From the NCBI GenBank assembly GCA_965149855.1, contig CBCTTO010000005.1, positions 1,634-65,633 on the forward strand: 64,000 nt of DNA. The letters are read 5' to 3'. The position numbers were made by a program, and so were the translations under genes. The notes under the pieces are model-generated. The model worked only from the letters and a program-made list of their open reading frames with translations. It searched no databases and was not told the DNA's origin. This stretch comes from an uncultured Collinsella sp. GTDB taxonomy: Bacteria > Actinomycetota > Coriobacteriia > Coriobacteriales > Coriobacteriaceae. Shown here piece after piece: positions 19,404 through 29,517 of the stretch (the first letter of the stretch is position 1; each line of letters begins with the position of its first letter).

Positions 19404-20453
19404 ATGCCAAACGAGAACAGCTACGAAGTCGCGCTGCAAAAGAGCAACGCCATTCGCGAGGGCCTGGCCAAGACGCCCGAGAAGTTCACCATGCTTACCG
19501 GCGACCGCCCCACCGGCCGTCTGCACCTGGGCCACTACTTTGGCACCCTCAAGGGCCGCGTCGAGCTGCAGAACATGGGCGCCAAGACCAACGTGCTCAT
19601 CGCCGACTACCAGGTCATCACCGACCGCGACACCACCGAGCACATCCAGGACAACGTGTACAACATGGTGATGGACTACCTTGCCTGCGGAATCGACCCC
19701 GACAAGACCATGATCTACGCGCACTCCGCCGTGCCCGCCGCAAACCAGCTCATGCTGCCGTTCCTGTCGCTGGTGTCCGAGGCTGAGCTGGCGCGCAACC
19801 CCACGGTCAAGGCCGAGATGGAGGCCTCGGGCCACGAGCTCACCGGCCTTCTGCTCACCTACCCGGTGCACCAGGCCTGCGACATCCTGTTCTGCAAGGG
19901 CAATGTGGTGCCCGTCGGTCGCGATCAGCTGCCGCACATCGAGCTCACCCGCACCATCGCCCGCCGCTTTAACAACCGCTACGGCAAGGTGTTCCCCGAG
20001 GTCGATGCGCTGCTGTCCGAGACCCCACTGCTGCCCGGCCTGGACGGTCGCAAGATGAGCAAGAGCTACGGCAACGCCATCAACATCTCGATGACCGCCG
20101 AGGAGACGGCCAAGCGCATCAAGAAGAGCCAGACCGACTCCGAGCGCATGATCACGTTCGACCCCGAGAACCGCCCCGGCGTGTCCGGCCTGCTTTCGAC
20201 GGCCGCCATCTGCACCGGCCGTTCCGAGGTCGAGATTGCCGAGGAGATTGGCATGGGCGGCTCCGGCCAGCTCAAGAAGTACGTGACCGAGGCCGTCAAC
20301 GAGTACTTCGCGCCGATCCGCGAGCGTCGCCAGCGCTACGAGAACGATCTGGACTATGTGAAGGACGTGTTGCACGAGGGCAACCGTCGCGCCAACGAGA
20401 TCGCCGAGCAGACCCTGGCCGAAGTTCGGGACGCCATGGGCATGGTGTACTAG
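19404..20453 (+). CDS. trpS: Tryptophan--tRNA ligase
   Basis: TGDRPTGRLHLGH, VPVGRDQLPH and KMSKS; RBS AGGAG. Confidence 0.96.
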   Translation: MPNENSYEVALQKSNAIREGLAKTPEKFTMLTGDRPTGRLHLGHYFGTLKGRVELQNMGAKTNVLIADYQVITDRDTTEHIQDNVYNMVMDYLACGIDPDKTMIYAHSAVPAANQLMLPFLSLVSEAELARNPTVKAEMEASGHELTGLLLTYPVHQACDILFCKGNVVPVGRDQLPHIELTRTIARRFNNRYGKVFPEVDALLSETPLLPGLDGRKMSKSYGNAINISMTAEETAKRIKKSQTDSERMITFDPENRPGVSGLLSTAAICTGRSEVEIAEEIGMGGSGQLKKYVTEAVNEYFAPIRERRQRYENDLDYVKDVLHEGNRRANEIAEQTLAEVRDAMGMVY

Positions 20454-20487
20454 ACCGATCTGCTGGCTTGAGCTTTCGATTGCTATA

Positions 20488-20518
20488 GGGCGGACGCTAC
20501 GGCGTCCGCCTTTTTTTG
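20488..20518 (+). terminator. Intrinsic terminator of trpS
   Basis: GGCGGACGC-TACG-GCGTCCGCC followed by a T tract. Confidence 0.85.
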
Positions 20519-20894
20519 GTGCCCGACCGGTTCGGCTCCGGCCACCGCACTCCCCCGATAAACAGGAACGGGCCCGCCGGCAGTCAGTTGCCAGCGGGCC
20601 CGTTCCCGAAGTACACCGTTGAATCGCACAGAGGGGAGGAATGCGAATCAAACTCAACAGGGCAGGCTTTTTCATCGCCTATTGCCCGCTCCGTTGCTGA
20701 ATATAATATAGTTCACCGTGGTTTACTTTGTAGCGTCAATATGCCCCATCATAGCTTCTCCATAAGTTAGCCCCGGTAAACCTACCAAAAAGGGATGTTA
20801 ATTTTGGTAGGTTTTATCTGGGGAAACGTCGCAGCGCCAGCGTTCCACCACAAAGTGACAGGCACCTCTGTGGTGGTTTTGACATAGCCCGTCG

Positions 20895-21215
20895 CTAAAG
20901 ACCGGCAGGCCAGCGACAGGCGGCCAGATCAACATGCATGGGATCGGTAAACGTCACGCCCTCCCCCAGCAGAAGTTCGCGTTGAGCATCTGGGCCGCCA
21001 AAGGCAAAACCCTCGCATATGCGACCGTCGGCAAACACCACGCGATAACAGGGAATCTCGCCGGGGCGCGGATTGCTATGCAGGGCATACCCCACATACC
21101 GCGCACTTCGTGGACAACCGGCAAGCAGCGCCACCTGACCATACGTGGCGATCATCCCTTCGGGGATCTGCTCGACCACCTCGTATACCCGCTCAAAAAA
21201 GCTCTCAGACGCCAT
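20895..21215 (-). CDS. MGMT/ATL-family O6-alkylguanine DNA-binding protein (single domain)
   Basis: IPEGMIATYGQVA, ARYVGYAL, PCYRVV and QRELLLGEGV; RBS AAAGGAG. Confidence 0.88.
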   Translation of the reverse strand: MASESFFERVYEVVEQIPEGMIATYGQVALLAGCPRSARYVGYALHSNPRPGEIPCYRVVFADGRICEGFAFGGPDAQRELLLGEGVTFTDPMHVDLAACRWPAGL

Positions 21216-21408
21216 CGCCCGCTCCTTTCCGCCCGCAAAAGCATAAAGCAAATGTCCCTCGGGGACGGCGAGGCTGCAGATCATTTGCGGCCTCCATGCG
21301 GCCGATGGTCCGCAACCCCACCGTCCCCGAGGGATCACATGACATGGCAGACAGCGTTTGCCGAGATAAAACCTGCCAAAATAAACCTGTCCCTTTTTGG
21401 CAGGTAAG

Positions 21409-22263
21409 TTAGTTGGCGGGGCGGAAGAAGGCTACGGCTACGGCGCCGGGACCCACGTGGGTGCCGATGGTGGCGCCAATGGTGTGGATGGGCAGCTCGC
21501 TCTCGGCATGGCCGGCCCACAGTGCCTCACTGTCCTCGATATACTTCTTGAGCACCGCGTCCGAAAGGCCCGTATAGCCCAGCGCCAGCGGCATGGAGAA
21601 GTCGACGCCGCCCGCCTGCTCAACCTTTTGGTTCAGCAGGTTGCGGCCGTTCTTGGAACCGCGCGCCTTTCCCAGCTGCACAATCAGACCGTCCTCGGCA
21701 GCTACCACGGGCTTTACGTTGAGCAGCGTACCCACGGCGCCGGCAGCAGCAGACAGGCGACCGCCGCGCACCAGGTACTCCAGCGTCTCGAGCAGGCCGA
21801 TAACCACCACGCGGTCGCGCACGGCCTCGACCGCCGCCGCGATCTGGGCCGCGCTACGGCCCTCGTCCACCAAGCGCAGCGCATACTCAACCAGAATGCG
21901 TTCACCCAGGGTGACGTTGTTGCTATCAACCACGTACACATCGCCGCCCGGCGCCTCGGCTAGTGCGGTACGGGCGCTCTGATTGGTGCCCGACAGCTTA
22001 GCGCCCACGGTAATAATCACAGCCTCATCGCCGGCTTCGCGAATCTCGGCGATAGCCTGCGAGAACGCGTACGGGTTGACCTGGCCGGTCTTGGGCAGCT
22101 CATCGCGCTCCACGAGCATCTCGTAAAAGCGCTGGTGATCGATGTCGACGCCATCCATGTACACATCGGTGCCAAAGGTGACGGACAGCGGCAAAACGTC
22201 CAGTGCCGGGTGCTCGGCCGGCGACATATCGCTTGCGGAATCGGTAATAATGCGGACGGACAT
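21409..22263 (-). CDS. DegV/FakB-family fatty-acid-binding protein
   Basis: IITDSASD, LSGT, LEYLVRGGR and IGTHVGPGA. Confidence 0.93.
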   Translation of the reverse strand: MSVRIITDSASDMSPAEHPALDVLPLSVTFGTDVYMDGVDIDHQRFYEMLVERDELPKTGQVNPYAFSQAIAEIREAGDEAVIITVGAKLSGTNQSARTALAEAPGGDVYVVDSNNVTLGERILVEYALRLVDEGRSAAQIAAAVEAVRDRVVVIGLLETLEYLVRGGRLSAAAGAVGTLLNVKPVVAAEDGLIVQLGKARGSKNGRNLLNQKVEQAGGVDFSMPLALGYTGLSDAVLKKYIEDSEALWAGHAESELPIHTIGATIGTHVGPGAVAVAFFRPAN

Positions 22264-22382
22264 AGCGAATCCTTTCTTGCGCAGGTCCCGCGCAGGGAAT
22301 TTTGACAGCAATGCCCCGGCACGGTATACGCGCTCAAACGGGACGATGCAGTTGTTAATGGGAAGCAAATGCCTAGGCGGCC

Positions 22383-22832
22383 CTACAGCTCGCGCAAGGT
22401 GTTGAGAATCGTACGCAGCGACGCATACATCTGCTCACGCTGCTCCACGCCCATGGCCTTGCCGGTGGTGTCGAGCACTTCACGAATAATGCAATCGGCC
22501 TCGTTCATGCTCTCGCCGCCCAACGTGGTCAGGCGAACCGGGGCGCGATACTTAACGGCGGCATCGCCCGAATCGTCGACTTCGACGTAGCCGCCCTCCT
22601 CCAGATGCGCCAGCGTGCGCGAGACGGCAGCGCGGGTCACGCCAGCCATGCGGGCGAGGTCGGCACCAGTCAGGCCGTCCTTGCTGCGCTCAAGATAGTA
22701 CAGGCACATGATGTCGGAGCCCTTAAGGCCCAGCCTTGCGCCCTCAGATGTCTTAATGCGCTGGATCTCCTTGTAGAGTCCGCTGATCAGTCCGACAAAG
22801 TCCTCGAAACGTGTCTCGTCGCTCTGTTGCAT
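22383..22832 (-). CDS. MarR-family transcriptional regulator
   Basis: Winged HTH (LTGADLARMAGVTRAAVSRTLAHLEEGGYV...LTTLG). Confidence 0.88.
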   Translation of the reverse strand: MQQSDETRFEDFVGLISGLYKEIQRIKTSEGARLGLKGSDIMCLYYLERSKDGLTGADLARMAGVTRAAVSRTLAHLEEGGYVEVDDSGDAAVKYRAPVRLTTLGGESMNEADCIIREVLDTTGKAMGVEQREQMYASLRTILNTLREL

Positions 22833-22859
22833 GGGAGACGACCGCCTTTCGCTTGCATA

Positions 22860-22934
22860 ATGCTAACGGGTAAACATCTTAGCCGTACCCAGCGACCGCA
22901 AGCCCCGCACGCCCTATTTGTTAACTCATCAACA
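22860..22934. promoter_or_regulatory. Two candidate MarR operator palindromes
   Basis: TGCTAACGGGTAAACA (22861-22876) and TGTTAACTCATCAACA (22919-22934) upstream of the MarR gene. Confidence 0.5.
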
Positions 22935-23005
22935 TAAAAACCACCACAAAGGGGACAGGCACCTTTGTGGTGGTTTTGACCGGCGAGTATGATTTGCAGA
23001 AGTTG

Positions 23006-23725
23006 CTACAGCTCCACGCGGGGATTGTCGCGGGTCACAAGCGTCTTAACGACAACCGTCGCCCCCAAATACCGCTCAAGCAGCTCGGCTAAGCGATCGA
23101 TCGCGGCCTGACAGTCCCCCATTCGCTCGGGCTCAACACATTCAATCGCCAGGAACGCGTCGGCCGAATCGTCGGACAGAGCCGTTCGAACGCCGTCGCG
23201 CCAGTTCCAGCAGCGGCATACGGCGCCCGCATCGTCGATGTAGGCCAGCTCTCCGGGCAGCGTCGGGTCATCCGCTTCCTCGCCAAGCGGCAAGAACGCG
23301 TCGCCACCGTCGGTCACCTTCAAGCGAAGGTCTCCCTCGATCGCATGCAAATCCTCGCCTCCCACGGGCAGCGCGTAGGTCAGCGACACCGTGTTGTAGA
23401 TGTCCACCGCGGGCGTAATGTGGCCCACCGGCTTGCCTTTGAGCACGCGCTTGAGCAGGTTCTCGATTGAGCAACGCGCGCCCTTTTTGGTCTTGAACAG
23501 ACGATAGGCCTCGCGCCATGCCTTGACCGGCGCGTTCTCGCTGATGGTATCGCTGGTCAGGTGGCGCTCCGCATCGATGTTAGCGCGGTCAAGCAGCGCG
23601 GCGATCGCATCCACATCCTCCTGGGGAATCTGAGCCGCGGGTTTCATGCCCTCCACGACCACAACTCCAATCGCCGCCTGCGGAAACAACTCCCAAAATG
23701 AATCCTCGGCAATAAAGCTCTTCAT
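23006..23725 (-). CDS. Standalone B3/4 domain protein (tRNA-editing-like)
   Basis: RCSIENLLKR, VDIYNTVS, PVGGED and CRCWNWR. Confidence 0.88.
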   Translation of the reverse strand: MKSFIAEDSFWELFPQAAIGVVVVEGMKPAAQIPQEDVDAIAALLDRANIDAERHLTSDTISENAPVKAWREAYRLFKTKKGARCSIENLLKRVLKGKPVGHITPAVDIYNTVSLTYALPVGGEDLHAIEGDLRLKVTDGGDAFLPLGEEADDPTLPGELAYIDDAGAVCRCWNWRDGVRTALSDDSADAFLAIECVEPERMGDCQAAIDRLAELLERYLGATVVVKTLVTRDNPRVEL

Positions 23726-23951
23726 ACGTGCTCCCTTCACGATTCGCGCCAACGCGAGCGCCTAAACAAAAAGCGCTCTCACAGCGGCCACCTTCAAAGT
23801 CCTACGGTGCCGCCACAAGAGCGCTTACGCTGTCCCCATCCGGAGAAGGGGACGATATGTCAGGCGTATTGTAACCCGAGTCATCTGCGCGAGCAAAACC
23901 ACCACAAAGGCGCACTGGCCCCTTCGTGGTGGTTTTGGGTCTAAGGCGGCG

Positions 23952-25622
23952 CTAGCGGCGGAGTCCCAGCAACCCGCGACCGCGATGACGGGCCTCGGCG
24001 GACACCTGGGCGTGCGGGCCGGCGGCTTTGACGGACTCGGGCAGGTGCGAGTACTTCTTCTCGAAGTTCTCCTCAAACATCACCGCCAGGTTGTGCGCAG
24101 CCTCGTCGTAGCGCGCGGTGCTCTGCCAGTACTGGCGCGGCACCAGGATGCCGTCGGGCACACCGTGGCACGTGGTGGGAATGTCGACGTTAAAGATATC
24201 GTCGTGCACGAACTCGCTGTCCTCGATGGTACCGTCGAGGGCGCGGGCCACCAGGGCGCGCGTGTATGCAAGCTCGATTCGATGGCCCACGCCATAACCG
24301 CCACCAATCCAGCCAGTGTTGACCAGATAGACGCGGGTGCGACCGTCGGCGATACGCTCACCGAGCATCTTAGCGTAGACCATGGGGTCGAGCGGCATAA
24401 ACGGCTCTCCGAACAGCGAGGAGAACGTGGGCGTGGGCTCGGTGACGCCGACCTCGGTGCCGGGGATCTTGGCCGTAAAGCCCGTCACAAAGTGATACAT
24501 GGCGGCGTCGGCCGTCAGGCGCGAGATGGGCGGCAGCACGCCAAAGGCATCACAGGTCAAAAACAGCACAACGCTCGGGGTGGTGCCCATGCCCTTGGTC
24601 CACGCGTTGGGAATGTGCTCGACGGGATAGGCCACGCGCGTGTTGTGCGTGATCGAGACATCATCATAGTTAGGCTTGCGATTCTCATCGAGCACCACGT
24701 TTTCGCAGATGGCGCCAAAGCGGACGGCGTTGAAGATCTCGGGCTCATGGAACGCGTCCAGGCCCTCGCACTTGGCATAGCAGCCTCCCTCGATGTTGAA
24801 GATGCCCATGTCGGACCAGCCGTGCTCGTCGTCGCCGATCAGCAGGCGCGTGGGGTTGGCCGAAAGCGTGGTCTTGCCCGTGCCGGAAAGGCCAAAGAAC
24901 ACGGCCGTCTCGTGCGTGACGGGATCCATGCTGGCCGAGCAGTGCATGGGTAGCACGTCGTCCTCGACGGGCAGTAGGTAATTCATGACGCTGAAGATGG
25001 ACTTTTTGATTTCGCCGGAGTAACCGGTGCCGGCAACCAGAATCACGCGCTCCTGGAAGTTAATGACCACGGCGGCGCTGGAGTTGAGGCCCTTAATGGC
25101 GGGATCGCACTGGTAGCCCGGCGCGGCGAGCACGCAGAAGTCCGGCTCGCCGGTGCGCGCGATTTCGCGGGCGAGCGGACGGGCGAGCATTTGCTTAATG
25201 AACAGCGCCTGGCTGGCACGCTCGCAGGCGACGAGCAGGCGACGCGTATGGTTGCGGTCGGTGCCGGCCATGCCGCGGGTGACGAACACGTCGCGCTCGT
25301 TGAGGTAGTCGACGATACCGGCCTTGATGGTCTCGTAGCTCTCGATCGAAAGAGGGCGGTTGACGGCGCCCCAGGCGATCTTGTCGTGAACATCGGGGGT
25401 GTCGACGATAAAGCGGTCATTGGGGGAACGGCCGGTGCGCTCCCCCGTCTCGATCACCAGCGCGCCGTTGGATGCCATGCGACCTTCTTCGCGGCGGATA
25501 GCGTGCTCGACGAGCTCCGCGGCGGGTAGATCGACCAGCAGACGGGGCTGGTTCTCGGCGGGGTCTTCGACCAGCGTAATGCCAAAGTTGGACAGAACTT
25601 CTGCAGGGGTAACACCAGGCAT
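23952..25622 (-). CDS. pckA: Phosphoenolpyruvate carboxykinase (ATP)
   Basis: TGRSPNDRF, GEIKKSIF, FFGLSGTGKTTLS, IGDDEHGW and EGGCYAK; RBS GGAGG. Confidence 0.96.
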   Translation of the reverse strand: MPGVTPAEVLSNFGITLVEDPAENQPRLLVDLPAAELVEHAIRREEGRMASNGALVIETGERTGRSPNDRFIVDTPDVHDKIAWGAVNRPLSIESYETIKAGIVDYLNERDVFVTRGMAGTDRNHTRRLLVACERASQALFIKQMLARPLAREIARTGEPDFCVLAAPGYQCDPAIKGLNSSAAVVINFQERVILVAGTGYSGEIKKSIFSVMNYLLPVEDDVLPMHCSASMDPVTHETAVFFGLSGTGKTTLSANPTRLLIGDDEHGWSDMGIFNIEGGCYAKCEGLDAFHEPEIFNAVRFGAICENVVLDENRKPNYDDVSITHNTRVAYPVEHIPNAWTKGMGTTPSVVLFLTCDAFGVLPPISRLTADAAMYHFVTGFTAKIPGTEVGVTEPTPTFSSLFGEPFMPLDPMVYAKMLGERIADGRTRVYLVNTGWIGGGYGVGHRIELAYTRALVARALDGTIEDSEFVHDDIFNVDIPTTCHGVPDGILVPRQYWQSTARYDEAAHNLAVMFEENFEKKYSHLPESVKAAGPHAQVSAEARHRGRGLLGLRR

Positions 25623-25873
25623 GGGGCCTCCTTTAAAAACGCGACACGTGGACGCGGCGCGCACTTTACTCACGTAAAGCCCGTTGTACCCGATATGCAA
25701 AAACGTTTTTGCGGCAACGGCGAAGCGCCCGCCCAACGGTCAAAAATCGCAGGCAAGCGGCCTGGTCATTGGGGACGTTCTTAATCGACTAATCGTTGGG
25801 GACACTTATGAACAGGCAACAACCAAGGAGTGTCCCTAGATGCCGGCACTTAGGGACGTTCCCAGAGTGCCGG

Positions 25874-27445
25874 CTACAGTGGCAGGCCTTGGCCGAGCAT
25901 GGCGATGGCGCTCATGAGGACCAGCATGCCGACGGCGTAGGGCAGCACTGCACCCAGGAGTTCGGCGTCCTTACCGCGCACGTGCACGGCGGCAAGGCCA
26001 ATCGCGAGCGTTTGCGGCGAGATCATCTTGCCGGCGGCGACACCCAGGGCGTTCAGCGCAACCATCCAGTAGTCGCTCACACCCAGCGCCGAAGCGGCCT
26101 GGCTCTGAATGGGACCAAACAGCATGCCCGACGATGTGCCCGAACCGGTCACGAACGCACCGACGGCACCGATCCACGGGGCCAGAATCGGGTACAGACC
26201 ACCGGCGACGGCAATGCAGAACGCACTGATCGAAGAGATCATGCCCGCATAGCCCATCACCTTGGCACAGCCCAGCACCGAAAGCATCGTGATTACCGTC
26301 GGCATCATCTGCTTCACAGTCGCGGCCAGCACCTCGCCCATCATGCGCGGCGAAGCCCCCTGAATGGCGCCGCCGATAAACGCGGCCAGGAAGATCCAAA
26401 CACCCGGCGTGTTAATCCACGAAAACGTGAGCGTGCCGGGGTTCTCGCCGCAATACACCTGCACGCGACTCGCAAAGGGCGCAAGCGCGGCATGCACGGC
26501 GGGCACCAGGTTGGACGTACCCAACAGCAGTACAAAAATCAGGATGAAACACGACCAGGCAGAAAGCGCCGACTTAGCGGTGAGCTGCTCACCGGCCTCG
26601 ATATTCATGTGAAAGCGCGCGTCCAGGTGACCGGACTTCTCGGCGCGCATGGCAAGCGCGGCGGTCAGCGCGAGCGACACGATGGAGCCCACGACCACGG
26701 CAAGCTCGGGGCCCACAAACATAGCGACGACCAGGGCAGCGCCGACAAAGGACGCGCCAGAGAGCAGCGCGATACCGGCCACGCCGTGCAGGCGCTCGCC
26801 TACGCTCGCAACATCGCCTTGATCGTCGGTCACGCGGCCCGCAACCAACACGATGAGCAGCGGCATCACCACAAAGAACGGTGCGAGCTGCACCAGCTGA
26901 ACGGTCGCCAGGTGCAGGGAATCCAGACCCACCAGGTCGGCAACGGACACCGTGGGGATGCCGATGGAGCCGTAGGGCGTGGGCACGCCGTTGGCCAGCA
27001 GGCAGATCAGCACGGCAGGCACGGCCTCAAAACCAAGGCCCACGAGCATGCCGGCGGGAATGGCGACAGCGGTACCAAAGCCAGCCATGCCCTCCATAAA
27101 GCCGCCGAAGCACCACGCCACGAGCAGCGCCAGCAGACGGCGATCGCTGCTGATGGAGGTGATCATGCTGCCGATCACGTCCATGGCGCCCGTGCGAACG
27201 CAGAGGTTATACGTAAAGACGGCGGCGATAATCACCAACACGATGGGCCACAGCGCCATCAAAAAGCCCTCGAGCGAGGCCGTGGCTATCTGCGCCACCG
27301 GCAAATGCCACCACGCAAAGGCGAGCACGCACGAAAGAACAAACGAACCAATCGCGGCTTTCCAGGCCGGCCATTTAAAGCACAGCAGCATCACGACAAG
27401 CCAGATGATAGGCACAAGAGCCAGCAAAAATGCGGCGACGTCCAT
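25874..27445 (-). CDS. lctP: L-lactate permease (LctP family)
   Basis: EGMAGFGTAVAI, GAFVTGSGTSS and GKMISPQ; many TM helices. Confidence 0.92.
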   Translation of the reverse strand: MDVAAFLLALVPIIWLVVMLLCFKWPAWKAAIGSFVLSCVLAFAWWHLPVAQIATASLEGFLMALWPIVLVIIAAVFTYNLCVRTGAMDVIGSMITSISSDRRLLALLVAWCFGGFMEGMAGFGTAVAIPAGMLVGLGFEAVPAVLICLLANGVPTPYGSIGIPTVSVADLVGLDSLHLATVQLVQLAPFFVVMPLLIVLVAGRVTDDQGDVASVGERLHGVAGIALLSGASFVGAALVVAMFVGPELAVVVGSIVSLALTAALAMRAEKSGHLDARFHMNIEAGEQLTAKSALSAWSCFILIFVLLLGTSNLVPAVHAALAPFASRVQVYCGENPGTLTFSWINTPGVWIFLAAFIGGAIQGASPRMMGEVLAATVKQMMPTVITMLSVLGCAKVMGYAGMISSISAFCIAVAGGLYPILAPWIGAVGAFVTGSGTSSGMLFGPIQSQAASALGVSDYWMVALNALGVAAGKMISPQTLAIGLAAVHVRGKDAELLGAVLPYAVGMLVLMSAIAMLGQGLPL

Positions 27446-27624
27446 GGGTAAAAGCTCCTTGGTACCGCGAGGGCGGCATCGGGGGTGTCATAAAACTTGA
27501 ACAGGATACCGCACGCTTACCGACAATTTTCTGCCGCCTGCCGAAATATTGAACAATCCGTTCAAAAACACGAGCAAACACCGCCGCGTCTATACTAGAG
27601 CGCAGCAATAGAAAGGACTCCGCC

Positions 27625-29199
27625 TTGAGCATCACGCCCCTCGATAGCATCCGCCGCGCCATCGCCCGCCGCAACGGCGTCACCGACCCCACCGTATCGG
27701 GCGGGGCGCACGGGCAGGGCGGACGCATCGAGAACGGCCTGTTCCCCGCATCGCACACCGCCGAGGAGCTCGCACGAATCCAAGAGCTAAGCCAGCGTAA
27801 CGCCGGCGGTCCCGACAGCAACCAGGCCACACGCCGTCGCCGCGAGCGCGATCGCCAGCCCGGCCCCATCCACCGCATGGTCAATGCCTGGTGGAACCGC
27901 CTGCTCGGAGCCGTCTACGGCGGCGGCTTCTCCACGCAAGAAGCCGAGTACGAAGATCATGCCACCCGTCGCGACTACCTTTGGAATACCCTGGGCACCG
28001 CCGTATGGGGCATGGCGTTTCCTCTGCTCACCATCGTGTCCACGCAGCTCGTGGGCGCCGAGGAAGCCGGCAAGTTCTCCATTGCGTTTGTCACCGGCAC
28101 GCTCATCATGATCGCGTGCAACTACGGCGTGCGCAATTTTCAGGTCTCGGACATCGACGAGAAGGCGTCCTTTGCCTCCTACCAGCTCAACCGCTGGCTT
28201 TGCGGAGCATTCGCGCTGGCCTGCGGCCTTGCATACAGCAGTGCCCGCGGCTACGACGCGCAGATGGCAACGATCAGCCTGGGCGTCTACCTGTATAAGG
28301 TGATCGACGGCGTGGCGGACGTGTACGAGGGCCGCCTGCAGCAGGCCGATAAACTCTACCTGGCCGGCATGAGCCAAACGCTGCGCTCCGTCGGCGTCAT
28401 CGCGGTCTTTAGCGTGGCGCTGTTCCTTACGCGCAGCATGCCCATCGCGGCCATGGCCATGGGTGTCACCGCCATCGTCTCGCTCGTGCTGGTCACCGCG
28501 CCGCTGGCCCTGCTCGAAACCGAAAAATCGCGTCGCGTGAGTCTGCGCGAGGTCGGCCACCTGTTTGTCCAGTGCGCCCCGCTCTTTGGCGCACTGTTCC
28601 TGTTCAACCTCATCGAGAGCATGCCCAAGTTTGTGATGGAAGGCACGCTGGCCTACAAATATCAGCTGTACTTTAATGCCCTGTTCTTTCCGGCGCAGGC
28701 TATTTTGCTGAGCATTGGATTTGTCTATAAACCGCAGCTTTTGCGTCTGTCGAGCATTTGGGCGAACCCGCGCAAACGCCGCCGTTTTGACTTAATTATT
28801 GTCGCCGTCATGGCGCTGATCGTGGTCATCACCGGCGCATGCGCCGCGTTTATGGAAGGCCCTGGCATCCCCATCATGAGCTTTATGTACGGCCTCAGCT
28901 TTGAGCGCTACCGCACATTGGCGCTGCTGATGGTCGTCGCCGGCGGCGTAACCGCGGCCATCGATTTTATCTACGCCATTATCACGGTGCTACGCCACGC
29001 CGGCGACGTCACCAAGATTTACCTCATCTGCTTTGCCGTGAGCGTGGTGCTCCCGGTGATCCTGATCAACCTGCTGGGCCTGATGGGCGCCGTCGTGAGT
29101 TACCTGGCTATCATGGCCCTGCTGCTGGTGCTGCTGATTGTCGAGTACGCCCACATCCGCCAACGCATCGAACGCGACCGCAACCCATACGGCGCCTAA
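27625..29199 (+). CDS. Wzx/MOP-type polysaccharide flippase-like membrane protein (start uncertain)
   Basis: About 12 hydrophobic helices; WNTLG, YGVRNFQVSD and PKFV motifs. Confidence 0.75.
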   Translation: MSITPLDSIRRAIARRNGVTDPTVSGGAHGQGGRIENGLFPASHTAEELARIQELSQRNAGGPDSNQATRRRRERDRQPGPIHRMVNAWWNRLLGAVYGGGFSTQEAEYEDHATRRDYLWNTLGTAVWGMAFPLLTIVSTQLVGAEEAGKFSIAFVTGTLIMIACNYGVRNFQVSDIDEKASFASYQLNRWLCGAFALACGLAYSSARGYDAQMATISLGVYLYKVIDGVADVYEGRLQQADKLYLAGMSQTLRSVGVIAVFSVALFLTRSMPIAAMAMGVTAIVSLVLVTAPLALLETEKSRRVSLREVGHLFVQCAPLFGALFLFNLIESMPKFVMEGTLAYKYQLYFNALFFPAQAILLSIGFVYKPQLLRLSSIWANPRKRRRFDLIIVAVMALIVVITGACAAFMEGPGIPIMSFMYGLSFERYRTLALLMVVAGGVTAAIDFIYAIITVLRHAGDVTKIYLICFAVSVVLPVILINLLGLMGAVVSYLAIMALLLVLLIVEYAHIRQRIERDRNPYGA

Positions 29200-29280
29200 T
29201 TAGCTGCCCCCGGTCACCGGAATTTGCGATGGAATCACCCCGGCTGGGGTCTCGTTGCGGACAATATGCATCACGCAAAA

Positions 29281-29403
29281 CTAAGTGAGTAGACTTTTAC
29301 CGAATCCCCGACCACACCGACAAAGCACAAGTCTGTGACCTGCGGTTTTATTGAGGCGAACATGTTGAGTGCTCGGCATTTCCAAAAAAGTCTACTCACT
29401 TAG
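29281..29403. repeat. Inverted repeat (18-bp perfect arms) with central ACCTGCGGTTTTA (family C, copy 3)
   Basis: CTAAGTGAGTAGACTTTT / AAAAGTCTACTCACTTAG; motif at 29338-29350. Confidence 0.8.
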
Positions 29404-29517
29404 CCAGCGGGCGGCCAAATGATTATTTAATCCCCGTCCCAGAAAAATCAATTAGCGGGCAGAAGGGCAAAAGTAGTCAAAAAGGCCCCGTCCCAAATTA
29501 GCTACCCTTTGCAGCGA

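Noticed and set aside
27549..27566. Palindrome TTGAACAATCCGTTCAA upstream of the lactate permease
   Set aside because: Single instance with no cognate regulator nearby; insufficient support for an operator call.
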